Shown in pieces: positions 29,583 to 40,666 of a DNA stretch of 64,000 bases. The position numbers were made by a program, and so were the translations under genes. The notes below the pieces were generated by a model. It was not told the origin of the DNA and searched no databases. It saw only the letters and a program-made list of their open reading frames with translations. Position 1 is the first letter of the stretch. Each line of letters begins with the position of its first letter. Source of the stretch: Thermoanaerobaculia bacterium (GTDB lineage: Bacteria; Acidobacteriota; Thermoanaerobaculia; UBA5066); assembly GCA_963719225.1 (NCBI GenBank), contig CAVRAY010000001.1, positions 2,272,001-2,336,000 of the forward strand, given 5' to 3'.

Positions 29583-32161
29583 CGAGCCCCCTCCACAAGA
29601 AAAAGATGGGATGACATGCGGCGGCATGCGTACGCGTAGCTCTTGAGGTCGCCGCTGAAGACGAACGGCCCGACGTCCAGGACTCCAGTCAGGTCGGCGG
29701 GGCCGAGCGTGCGCATCGGTTCGCGCCGGCCCGTTGCGATCTCGAGCCTCTCGATGCGGGCGGGAACCTCCCCGCTGCGCGAGACGAGCATCGAACGGCC
29801 GTCTGGGCTCCACCGGATGACCTTGTCTTCGGGAGTCGCGCCCGCGACGGGCCGAGGCTCGCCTCCGTCGACTGGATAGAGGACGAGAGCGCCGCCGCTC
29901 GCCTTCACGAGGAGCAGCTGGCCGTCCGGCGACACGAACCCCTGGCTCGTTCCCTCCGGCGTCACGGGGCGGGGCTTGCCCGCTGCGACGTCCTGCACGA
30001 AGCACCGGACGGCCTTTCCCTCCTGGTGGCCGCAAACGACGATCCTCTTCCCGTCCGGGAAGAACTGCGCCCACTCGTAGCCGACGAGTCCTCCCCGCTC
30101 GAACTTGAGAGGCTCGCCAGCGCCGGTGGGATAGAGCACGAGCTGAGGGGGCGTCGTGAAAATGACGGCGAGCGCCCACTTCCCGTCACGGGACAGGTCG
30201 TTCGCGGCGCCTTCCCCGAGGCGGACGACCGGCGACCCGTCCGTCTGGCGCAGGCACACCGCGTAGTTCACGCCGACGCTCCCGCTCTCTTCCGAAAAGA
30301 GGAGCGTCCTGCCGTCTGAACTCAGAGCCGACGGGTCGGACAGGTCCAGCCACGAGAGGTCGCGCTCCCGAGTCTGGCCCGGCGCGAGGACCGGCATCTC
30401 GCGGAAGAAATCGTCCCGCGTCGTGAGCCAGCGCCCGTCCGACCGGACGTCGTGGATCGTGAGGCCTCCGGCGCTCTCGAGCGCGACTCGCCGCGTGCCC
30501 GCGAGGGTGACTCCGTAGACGCGGAAGTTGTTGTAGGCGTTTCCCGCGGAGAACATGACCTCGTCTCCCGACGGGGACCAGGCCAGTCCCTCCTCGCCCC
30601 AGTAGCCTTCCGAGAGGATCGTCTTCTTCCCGGCGAGGTCCACGACGACGACTTCTCCGCGGTCGTCGAACCGGAACGGATGCTGGAAGAAAGCGATCCG
30701 GTCCCCGCGCGGAGAGAACCGGGGATTGCTGAAGTAGCCGCCCGTCTCGGCGAGGACCTTGCCGGTCGGGTACTCCAGACGGTCCTTGCCCCCGAAGTCC
30801 CGGATCAACGCCAGGTTCGCGCCGTCGGGGGACCAGTCGGCCTCGCGCACACCGTCGAGGACGTCCCTCGGCGCGCCGCCCTCCAGCGGCATCCGCGCGA
30901 GGGTGCCTTCATAGAGGCTGTGACCCTTGTACCGGACGCGGGTGAGCACCGCCAGCTCTCCCTTCGATGAAATCGAAAGCAGGTGTCCGGCGAGCAGGGA
31001 GCGCGGGCTCGCGCCCGGGTAGTCCGCTCGAAGCGAGAAGATCTCCGGCGTGTTCCCGGACGGGGCCGCGCTATAGACGACCGTCTTTCCGTCCGGGGCG
31101 AGCCGGGCGTTGAAGATCGGCTCCTGCCGAAACGTGAGCTGCGCGAAGGACGGGACGGCGACGATCGAGCGCTTTCCCTTCCACAGCCCGACGCCAAACG
31201 ACGCCGCGGCAGCGAGGACGCCGACTGCAATCGCGGCGGCGGGAACCCAGCGACGGACGCTCCGCGTCGACGCAAGCGCGGCGGCCCGGCCGGACGCGGA
31301 GCTCCCGCCCAGCGCTTCGAGGTCGTACGCGAGGTCGCGAGCCGACTGGAACCGTTCCGCCGGGTTCTTCTCGAGGCAATGCCGGACGAGTCGGTCGAGC
31401 TCGGGCGGGATTTTCGCGCCCGAGACGTCCGGGTCGGGCGGCTCCTCCTTGAGGATCGCGTTCATCGTCTCGATCGCCGAGTCGCCCTTGAACGCGCGCC
31501 GGCCCGTCAGCATCTCGAAAAGGACGCAGCCGAACGCGAAGATGTCCGACCGGGCGTCGGCCGGCAGCCCTCTCACCTGCTCGGGCGCCATGTACCCGAC
31601 GGTCCCGAGGAGCGTCCCGGGATCCGTGGCCTTCGCGAGCGTCGGCGAGTTCGTGTCCTCGCCGGCCGTGACCGCGCGTTGCTTCGCGAGACCGAAGTCC
31701 AGGATCTTCGCGCGTCCGTCCTTCGTGAGGACGACGTTTTCGGGCTTGAGGTCCCTGTGAACGATTCCGCTCTCATGCGCCGCCGCGAGGCCGCGCGCGA
31801 TCTGCGCTCCGAGCTCCACGGCCTTGCGCAGAGGCAGGGCCCCCGCGGTGATCCGCTCGCGGAGCGTCTCCCCGTCCACGAGCTCCATCACGAGGAGGTG
31901 CCGGGGAGGAGAACCGGGGATTTCTTCGATTGAATAGATCGCCGCAATGTTCGGATGGTTCAGTGCCGCGACCAGCTTCGCTTCTCGCTCGAAGCGCGCC
32001 CGGCGCTCTTCACCTTCTAAGAAATCTTCCGGCAGCACTTTGACTGCGACGTCCCTCGCCAACCTCAGGTCCCTCCCTCGGTAGACCTCTCCCATCCCTC
32101 CCGCCCCGAGCGGCGAAACGATTTCGTACGCTCCCAGTTTCATTCCGGCGGCGAGCGTCAT
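29579..32161 (-). CDS. K4: Ser/Thr kinase-TM-beta-propeller receptor (second ectodomain class)
   Basis: [11 protein letters not shown]. Ectodomain begins F.QLTFRQ..IFNAR.APDG. Confidence 0.95.
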   Translation of the reverse strand: MTLAAGMKLGAYEIVSPLGAGGMGEVYRGRDLRLARDVAVKVLPEDFLEGEERRARFEREAKLVAALNHPNIAAIYSIEEIPGSPPRHLLVMELVDGETLRERITAGALPLRKAVELGAQIARGLAAAHESGIVHRDLKPENVVLTKDGRAKILDFGLAKQRAVTAGEDTNSPTLAKATDPGTLLGTVGYMAPEQVRGLPADARSDIFAFGCVLFEMLTGRRAFKGDSAIETMNAILKEEPPDPDVSGAKIPPELDRLVRHCLEKNPAERFQSARDLAYDLEALGGSSASGRAAALASTRSVRRWVPAAAIAVGVLAAAASFGVGLWKGKRSIVAVPSFAQLTFRQEPIFNARLAPDGKTVVYSAAPSGNTPEIFSLRADYPGASPRSLLAGHLLSISSKGELAVLTRVRYKGHSLYEGTLARMPLEGGAPRDVLDGVREADWSPDGANLALIRDFGGKDRLEYPTGKVLAETGGYFSNPRFSPRGDRIAFFQHPFRFDDRGEVVVVDLAGKKTILSEGYWGEEGLAWSPSGDEVMFSAGNAYNNFRVYGVTLAGTRRVALESAGGLTIHDVRSDGRWLTTRDDFFREMPVLAPGQTRERDLSWLDLSDPSALSSDGRTLLFSEESGSVGVNYAVCLRQTDGSPVVRLGEGAANDLSRDGKWALAVIFTTPPQLVLYPTGAGEPLKFERGGLVGYEWAQFFPDGKRIVVCGHQEGKAVRCFVQDVAAGKPRPVTPEGTSQGFVSPDGQLLLVKASGGALVLYPVDGGEPRPVAGATPEDKVIRWSPDGRSMLVSRSGEVPARIERLEIATGRREPMRTLGPADLTGVLDVGPFVFSGDLKSYAYACRRMSSHLFLVEGAR
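31919..32028. repeat. Box I/box II pair, copy in K4
   Basis: GATTTCTTCGATTG at 31919 and CTCTTCACCTTCTAAGAAATCTT at 32006. Confidence 0.85.
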
Positions 32162-34753
32162 CGCGCTCCCTCCACGAGGAACAGGTGGGAGATGGTCCTC
32201 GAGAAGACGTATGCGTAGCTCTTCTCGTCACTTGCGAGAAACGGAGAGCCGATGGAATTCACGCCGCTCAGGTCCGGCGGTCCGAGCGTCCGCACAGCGT
32301 CACGCTTGCCGGATGAGAGAGACGCGCTCGATGCGCAGGGGAACGTCACTCTCCCGGCAGACGAGAAGCGAGCCTCCGTCCGGACTCCAGCGGATCGCCG
32401 CCTCGTCCGGAGTCGTGTCCGGCACCGGCCGCCCGTCGCCTCCTCCAACCGGATAGACCGCGAGTCCGCCACCACTCGCGCCAACCACGATCTGGCGCGC
32501 GTCCGGCGAGAGGATCCCTCGTGTCGTGCCTTCCGGCGTGATCGCCCGCGGCTTGCCGGCGCCGATCTCCTGAACATAGCACCGCGACGCATGCCCCGGC
32601 TCGTGGCCGCAGACGAGCGCCGACCGGCCGTCGGGGAAGAACCTGGCTGACTCGTAGCTCTCGATCCCGCCGCGATCTAGGCGGCGCGGCTCCCCGGCGC
32701 CGGTCGGATAGAGCACGAGCTGCTGCGGCGACGTGGGCACGACCGCCAGCGCCCATTTTCCGTCGGGGGACAGGTCCGTAGGCATCCCCTCGCCCAGCCG
32801 CACGACGGGCGAGCCGTCGGTGCGGCGCAGACAAACTGCGTAGTTGGCACCGAGGCTGCCGCTGTATTCGACGAAGACGATCGTCTTTCCGTCGGCCGAG
32901 AGCATGGGACGGTCTGAGAGGTCGAGCCACGAGAGGTCTCGCTCAGCGGTCTGGCCGGGCAGGACGACGGGCATGCCCTGGAAGAAGTCATCGCGTGTGG
33001 CGAGCCACCGCCCGTCAGAGCGCACGTCGCGGATCGTCAGGCCTCCCGCGCTCTCGAGCGCGGTCCTCCGGCGTCCGGAGAGCGTCACGGCGATGACCTT
33101 GAACGAGCTGAGGGTGCCGCCTGCCGAGAAGAGGACCTCCTGCCCGCCGGGCGACCACGCGAGGCCCTCCTCGCCCCAGAACCCGTCGGCAAGGACGGTC
33201 TTCTTGCCCTGGAGATCCACGACGGCGACGAGACCCCGGTCGTCCCACCGGACCGGATGCTCGAAGAACGCGATCCGGTCGCCCTTCGGCGAAAAGCGAA
33301 GGTCGCTGAAGTAACCGCCCGTCTCGCACAGAACCGTTCCCGTGGGGAACTCGAGGCGGTCCTTTCCGGCGACCTCGCGGATCAGGGCGAGGCTCGCGCC
33401 GTCGGGAGACCAATCCGCCTCGCGGACGTTCTCGAGAACGTCTCGCGGCGCCCCTCCTTCGAGCGGCATCTGTGCCAATGTGCCCTGGTAAATGTTGTGA
33501 TTGATGTAACGCGCACCCGTCAGCAGCGCGAGGTCGCCCCGCGAAGAGACGGAGAGGAGGTGCACGCCCCGCAGACCCAAGGGCCGGGGCTCGGGGAACT
33601 CCGGGCGCACGGTGAAGATCTCTGGCGTGTTGCCCTGCAGGGCCGCGCTGTAGATGATCGTCCGGCCGTCGGCAGCGAAGCGCGCGTTGAAGATCGCCTG
33701 CTGGCGGTACGTCAACTGGCTGAAAGAGGCGCCGCCCTGCCGGGAAGCGTTCTCCGCCCGCCGCCCGACGAAATAGGCCGCCACCCCGGTCCCGGCGAGG
33801 AGCGCGACGATCGCCACCGGAAGCAGCCCGCGTTTGGGCCTCGCGGAAAACGCCTGCGCGGGCGGGACGCTCGACGCCGAAACACCGGACAGCGCTTCCA
33901 GCGCGAACGCGACGTCGTGCGCCGAGTGAAACCGCTGTTCCGGGTTCTTCTCGATGCAGTGCCGGACGATGCGGTCGAGTCCGGGCGAGATGCTCTGGTT
34001 CGTGACGGAGAGCTCGGGCGGGTCTTCCCTCAGGATCGCCGACATCGTCTCGGCCGCCGAGTCGCCGTGGAACGCCCTCTTCCCCGAGAGCATCTCGTAC
34101 AGGATGGCTCCGAACGAGAAGATGTCCGACCGCGCGTCGGCCGGCTTGCCTTTGACCTGCTCGGGCGACATGTACCCGAGCGTGCCCATCACGACTCCGG
34201 GCTCTGTGCCCGCTGACGCCGTCGGGAGGTTCGTCGCCTGGCGGCCCTCTTCCGGGTGGGTTAGCTTGGCGAGACCGAAGTCGAGGATCTTGAGGCGGCC
34301 ATCCCTCGTCACGAACAGGTTCTCGGGCTTCAGATCGCGGTGCACGATCCCCTTCTCGTGTGCCGCGGCGAGGCCGTGCGAGATTTGCAATGCAAATTCG
34401 ATCGCCTTCCGTTGCGACAACTTTCCCGCCGCGAGGGCCGCGCGCAGCGTTTCGCCCTCGAGCAGCTCCATGACGAGGATGTGGCGCGAGGGGGCACCCG
34501 AAGAAACAGGGATTTCTTCGAATGAATGAATGGCGGCGATGTTCGGATGGTTCAGCGAGGCCAGCAGCTTCGCTTCACGCTCGAATCGCTGCCTTTTCTC
34601 TTCCCCTTCAAAGAATTCTTCCGGGAGGACCTTTACCGCGACGTCCCTCGCGAGCCTCGTGTCCTTCGCCCGGTACACCTCTCCCATCCCCCCCGCGCCG
34701 AGTGGCGCGAGGATCTCGTACGGGCCGAGCTTCGTGCCGGCAGTCAGCGTCAT
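32158..34753 (-). CDS. K5: Ser/Thr kinase-TM-beta-propeller receptor, frameshift near 32315-32322
   Basis: Start [10 protein letters not shown] at 34753. The frame stops at 32300, but the K4-like tail (..[20 protein letters not shown]) continues in another frame to 32158. Confidence 0.88.
34511..34620. repeat. Box I/box II pair, copy in K5
   Basis: GATTTCTTCGAATG at 34511 and CTCTTCCCCTTCAAAGAATTCTT at 34598. Confidence 0.85.
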
Positions 34754-37461
34754 CGGCTCGACTCCTCGCTCTTCTCGAGGAGCCGGGTCCAATGAACGAG
34801 CAGGCTCAGGGGCGGCGAGCCCTGCTCGTCGGGGACAGTGTTGACGAGGAACCTCTGGTGGTCTCCCGTGGCGTCGTAGGCCGATCCGTTCAGGCTCGGA
34901 TGGATCGCAAACAGGAGCGCGGGCGGCCCGGCGTGGAATCCGGAACTCGTGCCGAGCGGCACCGCCATGAGCTTGTTGTCCGGGGTGAGGAACGTGAGCT
35001 CCTTGCCGTCGCGGCGCCAGTGCGGCTGGCTGCCTCCCGCGGTCGAGATCTGCCAGCGGCCGCCGGGGCCCGGGAACGGGCGCACGTAGACCTCGAATCG
35101 CCCGGATTCGTCCGAATCGTATGCAAGCCATCGCCCGTCGGGCGAGAAGCGGCTGTCTCCTTGAAAGTTCGCTTCCGTGGCGAACGGACGGACTTTCTTC
35201 TCTCCCGACGCATCGGCGATCCACAGCTGGTTGTTCCGCTTTCCCTGCGCCGGGACGTTGTCGAGCGAGAGGAATTTTCCGTCCGGAGACCAGTCCTCGG
35301 GAGTCCGAGCGTCGGGAGATTCGAGCAGAACTTCCTCGGCGCTTCCGTCGAAGGACTTCGTCCAAAGATCCTGCCGGTGTCCCTTCGCCTTCCGGTCGGA
35401 CCCGAACAGCAGGCGGTCGCCGCGCGGAGCCCAGACGGGCGCGAAATTGTTCCCGCTGCCGAACACGAACTTCGTGCCGGCTCCTCCGGAGACGTCGTAG
35501 AGCCAGATGTCGGTCGTATTCCGGCCGAGATCGATGAGACCGACCGCGATCCTCCGGCCGTCGGGCGAGAGACGCGGGGCGAACCAGAGACCTGGCTCGC
35601 CGACCGTTCCGGCGGGCCGGCCGTTGCGGTCGAACCAGGCGAGCTGCGACGGGATGGCGAAGGCCGGGATCGAGAGGAGGAGGTCGTTCGACACCGTGAA
35701 CTGGCCGTATCCGTACCAGCTCGAGGTATTCAGGCGCTGCGCGATGGGGACGGGCTCTCCTTGCGCCTCGAGCCGCGCGAGATCGATCTTGACGGCGAAA
35801 AGCGCTCCCTCGTGGAGATAGAGAACGCGTCCCGCCGCGAATGCGGGATTCGAGGCGATCCCCGCGACCAGGGCTTTGTCCGTTTTGCCGTCGAGAGACC
35901 CCACGCGAATCGAGTTCGCGGGATCGCCCGTGTTCCCCGACAGGTTGGCGGCCATGTAAAGGAAGTGCCGCCCGTCCGGCAGGAACACGGGGTATCGATG
36001 GGCGGTGACGTGAAGAGACGCGTCGAGCCGCGTGACCGGTTCCGGCTTGCCGCCCGACGAGGAGACGCGGAACAGGGGCGAGGTCGGCGTCGGGCCGAAG
36101 ACGATGACGCCGTCGCGGTTCCACGCTCCGCCGACGCCCCGCGCCGCTTCGCAGACGGTGAGGGCGGGACCGCCGGACGGGTCGATCTTCTTCAGCGATC
36201 CCTGGGTGAAGTAGCCGATGAACCGGCTGTCGGGCGACCAGAATGGAAAGCTGGCTTCCTCGGCGCCGGCCACCGGGTGCGCCGCGGGGGAGCCGAGGTC
36301 CCTGATCCAGAGGCCCGGTTGCGCGCCCGCTATCGACGCGGTGAACGCCAGCGTTCTCCCGTCGGGAGAGAGCGCGATCGACTCGACGAACGTCTTCTCG
36401 GGAGGCGGGATCGCGGCGAAGATCGGCGCGGGGATGCGCGGAGCACGCCGGAGGAATCCGGCCACGAAGACGACTGCAGCGGCCGCCGCGACAGCCGCGA
36501 GCGTCCATGCGAGCTTCTCGCGGTTCTTCCGCCGGGCGGCGACGGGCGCCGGGAGTCCGGCCTGCGAGCCGCCCTCGCCGACCCACTGGAGCTGGAGCTT
36601 CACGTCGTGCGCCGTCTGGAGACGGTCCTCCGGGTCCTTCGAGAGGCAGGTCGCGATCAGCCGATCGAGCGCCGGCGGCGTCATCGGCGCGATCGACGAG
36701 ACGGGTGGCGGGTTGTCCTTCAGGATCGAGCCGATGAGGCTCGCCTGGCTTTTCCCGTCGAACGCCTTCTTCCCCGTCGCCATCTCGTAGAGCACCACGC
36801 CGAAGGAGAAGATGTCGCTGCGCGCGTCGGCCTCGCCCCCCTCGAGCTGCTCGGGCGCCATGTACTGGAACGTCCCGAGGATCGTGCCCTGCTGCGTCAG
36901 GTTCTGAGGAGGGGCCATCGTGGGCAGCGACGTGGCGCCGGACGTGTGAGCGGCGGGCGCGAGGACCTTCGCGAGGCCGAAGTCCAGGAGCTTCGCGCCG
37001 CTCTTCGTCAGCATGACGTTCCCGGGCTTGAGGTCTCGGTGCACGATCCCCTGCCGGTGCGCCTTGTCGAGCGCGTCGGCGATCTGCATCCCGATCGGCA
37101 GCAGCTGGTCGAGCGCCATCGGCCCCTTCGCGAGGCGGGCCATGAGCGTCTCTCCCTCGATCAGCTCCATGACAAGGACGTGACGCGTTACCGAAGAAGA
37201 GGAAGAAGAAGAACCGGCGATTTCTTCGAATGAAAAGACCGCCGCGATGTTCGGGTGGGTCAAGCCTGCGAGCAACTTCGCTTCCCGCTCGAAACGCGCC
37301 CTGTTCTCTTCACCTTCTAAGAAATCTTCGGGGAGTACCTTGACCGCGACGTCGCGTCCGAGGCGAAGGTCTCGGGCCCGGTAGACCTCTCCCATGCCTC
37401 CCTTGCCCAGCAAGGAGACGATCTCGTACGGACCGAGCCTGGTGCCGGGCGTCAGCGTCAT
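34750..37461 (-). CDS. K6: Ser/Thr kinase-TM-beta-propeller receptor (903 aa)
   Basis: Start [10 protein letters not shown] at 37461. [21 protein letters not shown]. Confidence 0.95.
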   Translation of the reverse strand: MTLTPGTRLGPYEIVSLLGKGGMGEVYRARDLRLGRDVAVKVLPEDFLEGEENRARFEREAKLLAGLTHPNIAAVFSFEEIAGSSSSSSSVTRHVLVMELIEGETLMARLAKGPMALDQLLPIGMQIADALDKAHRQGIVHRDLKPGNVMLTKSGAKLLDFGLAKVLAPAAHTSGATSLPTMAPPQNLTQQGTILGTFQYMAPEQLEGGEADARSDIFSFGVVLYEMATGKKAFDGKSQASLIGSILKDNPPPVSSIAPMTPPALDRLIATCLSKDPEDRLQTAHDVKLQLQWVGEGGSQAGLPAPVAARRKNREKLAWTLAAVAAAAAVVFVAGFLRRAPRIPAPIFAAIPPPEKTFVESIALSPDGRTLAFTASIAGAQPGLWIRDLGSPAAHPVAGAEEASFPFWSPDSRFIGYFTQGSLKKIDPSGGPALTVCEAARGVGGAWNRDGVIVFGPTPTSPLFRVSSSGGKPEPVTRLDASLHVTAHRYPVFLPDGRHFLYMAANLSGNTGDPANSIRVGSLDGKTDKALVAGIASNPAFAAGRVLYLHEGALFAVKIDLARLEAQGEPVPIAQRLNTSSWYGYGQFTVSNDLLLSIPAFAIPSQLAWFDRNGRPAGTVGEPGLWFAPRLSPDGRRIAVGLIDLGRNTTDIWLYDVSGGAGTKFVFGSGNNFAPVWAPRGDRLLFGSDRKAKGHRQDLWTKSFDGSAEEVLLESPDARTPEDWSPDGKFLSLDNVPAQGKRNNQLWIADASGEKKVRPFATEANFQGDSRFSPDGRWLAYDSDESGRFEVYVRPFPGPGGRWQISTAGGSQPHWRRDGKELTFLTPDNKLMAVPLGTSSGFHAGPPALLFAIHPSLNGSAYDATGDHQRFLVNTVPDEQGSPPLSLLVHWTRLLEKSEESSR
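37219..37328. repeat. Box I/box II pair, copy in K6
   Basis: GATTTCTTCGAATG at 37219 and CTCTTCACCTTCTAAGAAATCTT at 37306. Confidence 0.85.
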
Positions 37462-40067
37462 CTCAGCCCTTCGATGACGTAGAGCGTGCTGCGCTGCACG
37501 ATGTATCGCGCAGCCATCTGGCGACCGGCCTCGCTGAAGCGCATCGATGTGGCCTCGACGCCCACGTAGCCGGCGGGGTTGACGACGCGCCACGTCTGGC
37601 GTTTCCCGGTCGCGGGATCGAGCTTCCAGACCTCGATCGGAAAGCTGCCGGGCCTCGAGGCGTAGAAGCGCCCGTCGGGCGTCCACTGGATCAGCCGCTC
37701 GCCGTCCTCCAGACCCACGATGCGGCGCGGCGGCGCTTGCGGATGGCCGAGATCGAAGATCCCCCATCCAGCCTTCTCGCGCGCGAGGAAGCTCCGGCCG
37801 TCGGGGCTCAGGAACGGCCACGTGTCGAGACCCGTGACGCCCTCCGGCGTGATGGGCTTCGGCGTGCTCCCGTCGAGGCTCTGAACCCAGACGCGGTCCT
37901 CTTTCTCTCCCTCCGCGCCGATGAAGATCAGGCTCTTTCCGTCCTTCTGGAAAGCGACCGACTTGATCGAGCGGATGCCGTGGGCCGGGAGCTCGCGAGG
38001 ACTGCCCGTTCCCGTCGGATAGAGGACCCAGCGCCGGCTCGGCTTCTCGACCCACGCCGCCGCGAGCGATCCGTCCGGCGAGAGAGCGCCCCAGCCGCTG
38101 CTCTTCCCGAGCGGTGTCGCGTGGCCGCCGACGGCGGGCCTGAGGAACAGGTCGGGGAGCGGACCTTCCTCCTCCTCGAAGAGGAGTGTCTTTCCGTCGG
38201 CCGAGCAGTCGAGCAGGTAACTCCACGTGCGCCACGAGAGGTCGACCGGCTGCGCCTGCCCGTCGGCCTGCGCGAGGAGCCCGCCGCGCATCTCTTCCCG
38301 GCTCATGAGGACGCGCCCGTCCGGAGAGACGTCGTGAATCGACAATCCGCCGGCCTGGCTGAAGACCCTGCGCTCTCTTCCGGAAAGGTCCACGGCGTGA
38401 AGAGCGCGGTTGAGAACGTTCGTTCCGGCCGTGAACCAGACTTCCCGCTCTTTCCAGGCGAGCCCGCGGAGAGTGTCGTGATCCTTCGACAGGATCCGAG
38501 TCTTCCCCGCGTCGACGTCGAGGACGGCGACGCGCCCCGCGTCGTCTCCGGCGGCCGGGTGGTCGACGTACGCGAGCAGCTTGCCGTCCGCCGAAAACCT
38601 CAGGTCGCCGAACCACCCCGCGGATTCCGCCCGAACTTTTCCCTGCGGGTACTCGAGAAACGACCGCCCTCCCGCCTCACGTGCGAGCGCGAACTCGCCC
38701 TTCGGCCCGCAGGCGGACTGAAGGACGCCGCCGAGGAGTGGTTTGGGAGCCAGATCCACGCCGAGAGCCGAGCGAGCCAGTGTTCCCTCGAACTGCCACG
38801 TGTCGGCGACCTTGCTCTTCAGCCGCAGGGCCACTTCACCGGCGGGCGAAAGGTCCATGAGCTGAACGTCGCCCTGGCCGAGCGGCCTCTCCTTGGGGTC
38901 GGCGACGGGGGTCGAGAAGAGCTGCCACGGCTCCCCCTGCCAGCTCGCGTCGTAGACGACGTCCTGACCGCCGGGCGCGAACCGGGCCTTGCCGATACGG
39001 CCCTGGCGAAACGAGATCTGCTGGAAGGACGGCTGAGGATGGCGTCCCACGTGCACCGCGCCGGCCAGCCATGTGGCAGTGGCCACGGCCAGCACGGCCG
39101 CGGCACCGAGGCCGATCCACCTCCAGCGCTCGCCCTTCGGCCGGCCCCTTTGCTTCCCGCCGTCGACGGAGGAGATCGTCGTAATGGCTTGAAGGTCGAA
39201 GCCGATGTCTTTCATCGACTGGAAGCGGCTCTCGGGCGACTTCTCGAGGCAGTGAAGAACGAGGCGCTCCAGCGCCGGTGGCATCTGGCCCCGCGTGACC
39301 ACGAGCGCCGCCGGATCGTCGTGAAGGATGGCGTTCAGTGTCTCGACGCCCGACTTTCCTTCGAACGCCTTTCGCCCGCTCAGCATCTCGTACAGGACGA
39401 CCCCGAAGCTGAAGATGTCGGTCCGATGATCCGCGGGCTCGCCGCGCACCTGCTCCGGGCTCATGTAGCCGACGGTCCCCATGACGACGCCGGCCTGCGT
39501 GTGGTGGCTTCCCCCGGCCTCCGTTGGGGCGGTCGTCTGTTGGTCGCTCGGACCGGCCCACTTCGGCAGCTGCTTGGCGAGGCCGAAGTCCAGCAGCTTC
39601 ACCCGGCCGTCACGGCCCAGGAAAATGTTCTCCGGCTTCACGTCGCGGTGGACGATTCCGCGGAGGTGCGCCGCGGCGAGGCCCTCGGCCATCTGAGACG
39701 CCAGTTCGACGGCCTTCTTCGGCGCCAGCGCGCCAGCCCGAAGGCGATCGCGAAGCGACTCCCCTTCGAGCAGCTCCATGACGAGGATGTGGCGCGACGG
39801 CGAAGAGGAAGAAGGAGAGGAAGGGATTTCTTCGAATGAGTGGACGCCCGCGATGTTCGGATGGTTCAGCGAGGCCAGCAGCTTCGCTTCACGCTCGAAT
39901 CGCTGCCTTCTCTCTTCCCCTTCAAAGAATTCTTCCGGGAGGACCTTTACCGCGACGTCTCTCGCGAGCCTCGTGTCCTTCGCCCGGTACACCTCTCCCA
40001 TCCCCCCCGCGCCGATCGCGGAGAGGATTTCGTAGGGCCCCAACTTGGTGCCGGCGGCGAGCGTCAC
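37458..40067 (-). CDS. K7: Ser/Thr kinase-TM-beta-propeller receptor (second ectodomain class)
   Basis: HRDVKPEN, DFG. Ectodomain begins FQQISFRQG...ARFAPGG. Confidence 0.95.
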   Translation of the reverse strand: MTLAAGTKLGPYEILSAIGAGGMGEVYRAKDTRLARDVAVKVLPEEFFEGEERRQRFEREAKLLASLNHPNIAGVHSFEEIPSSPSSSSPSRHILVMELLEGESLRDRLRAGALAPKKAVELASQMAEGLAAAHLRGIVHRDVKPENIFLGRDGRVKLLDFGLAKQLPKWAGPSDQQTTAPTEAGGSHHTQAGVVMGTVGYMSPEQVRGEPADHRTDIFSFGVVLYEMLSGRKAFEGKSGVETLNAILHDDPAALVVTRGQMPPALERLVLHCLEKSPESRFQSMKDIGFDLQAITTISSVDGGKQRGRPKGERWRWIGLGAAAVLAVATATWLAGAVHVGRHPQPSFQQISFRQGRIGKARFAPGGQDVVYDASWQGEPWQLFSTPVADPKERPLGQGDVQLMDLSPAGEVALRLKSKVADTWQFEGTLARSALGVDLAPKPLLGGVLQSACGPKGEFALAREAGGRSFLEYPQGKVRAESAGWFGDLRFSADGKLLAYVDHPAAGDDAGRVAVLDVDAGKTRILSKDHDTLRGLAWKEREVWFTAGTNVLNRALHAVDLSGRERRVFSQAGGLSIHDVSPDGRVLMSREEMRGGLLAQADGQAQPVDLSWRTWSYLLDCSADGKTLLFEEEEGPLPDLFLRPAVGGHATPLGKSSGWGALSPDGSLAAAWVEKPSRRWVLYPTGTGSPRELPAHGIRSIKSVAFQKDGKSLIFIGAEGEKEDRVWVQSLDGSTPKPITPEGVTGLDTWPFLSPDGRSFLAREKAGWGIFDLGHPQAPPRRIVGLEDGERLIQWTPDGRFYASRPGSFPIEVWKLDPATGKRQTWRVVNPAGYVGVEATSMRFSEAGRQMAARYIVQRSTLYVIEGLR
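39825..39934. repeat. Box I/box II pair, copy in K7
   Basis: GATTTCTTCGAATG at 39825 and CTCTTCCCCTTCAAAGAATTCTT at 39912. Confidence 0.85.
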
Positions 40068-40666
40068 GGTTCCTCCTCGATCACGATCTCATCCCCGTCC
40101 ATCGACCTGATCCTGACGAGTGCCTCGACGGGTACGCCCAGGGATGCGACCGCATCGCGGCCACCCTCGAACGCCTTCTCGATGAGCGCGCCGACGCCGA
40201 CGATGCGCGCCCCGGCAGCGCCCGCGAGGCGGGCGAGGCCGAGGATCGTCGCGCCGGACGCGAGGAAGTCGTCCACGATGAGGACGCGCTCGGCGGCACC
40301 GAGGTACTCGGGTGAAACGATGAGCTCCACCGTGCGCCCCTTCGTGTGCGATGGCGCCAGGGTCAGGAAGACCTGGTCGGGCATCGTGATCGGCTTGCTC
40401 TTGCGGGCATAGACGACCGGGATCCCGAGGTGGAGGGCCGTGGCGACCGCGGGGGCGATGCCCGAAATCTCGGCGGTGAGCACCTTCGTCGCGCCCTCCG
40501 GCGCGAAGCGCCGGGCCAGCTCCTTCCCGCAGGTGTCCATGAGACGGGGATCCACCTGGTGGTTGATAAAGCCGTCCACCTTCAGGATCCCGCCACCGAG
40601 GTTGCAGCCGTCGCGCCGGATCCGGTCTGCGAGGAGCGCGTGCGCGCCCGTGGCGATCGGACTCAT
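40064..40666 (-). CDS. xpt: Xanthine phosphoribosyltransferase
   Basis: ILKVDGFINHQVDP.LM, VLTAEISGIAPA, PRPP-binding VLIVDDFLASG, IEKAFEGGR. 200 aa with RTGA overlaps at both ends. Confidence 0.93.
   Translation of the reverse strand: MSPIATGAHALLADRIRRDGCNLGGGILKVDGFINHQVDPRLMDTCGKELARRFAPEGATKVLTAEISGIAPAVATALHLGIPVVYARKSKPITMPDQVFLTLAPSHTKGRTVELIVSPEYLGAAERVLIVDDFLASGATILGLARLAGAAGARIVGVGALIEKAFEGGRDAVASLGVPVEALVRIRSMDGDEIVIEEEP

Noticed and set aside
29330-29614. Purine-rich SD-like run plus ATG at box I as the start of a conserved antisense peptide
   Set aside because: The downstream frames differ widely in length (about 10 codons in K1, hundreds in K5), and K4 has TTG instead of ATG.
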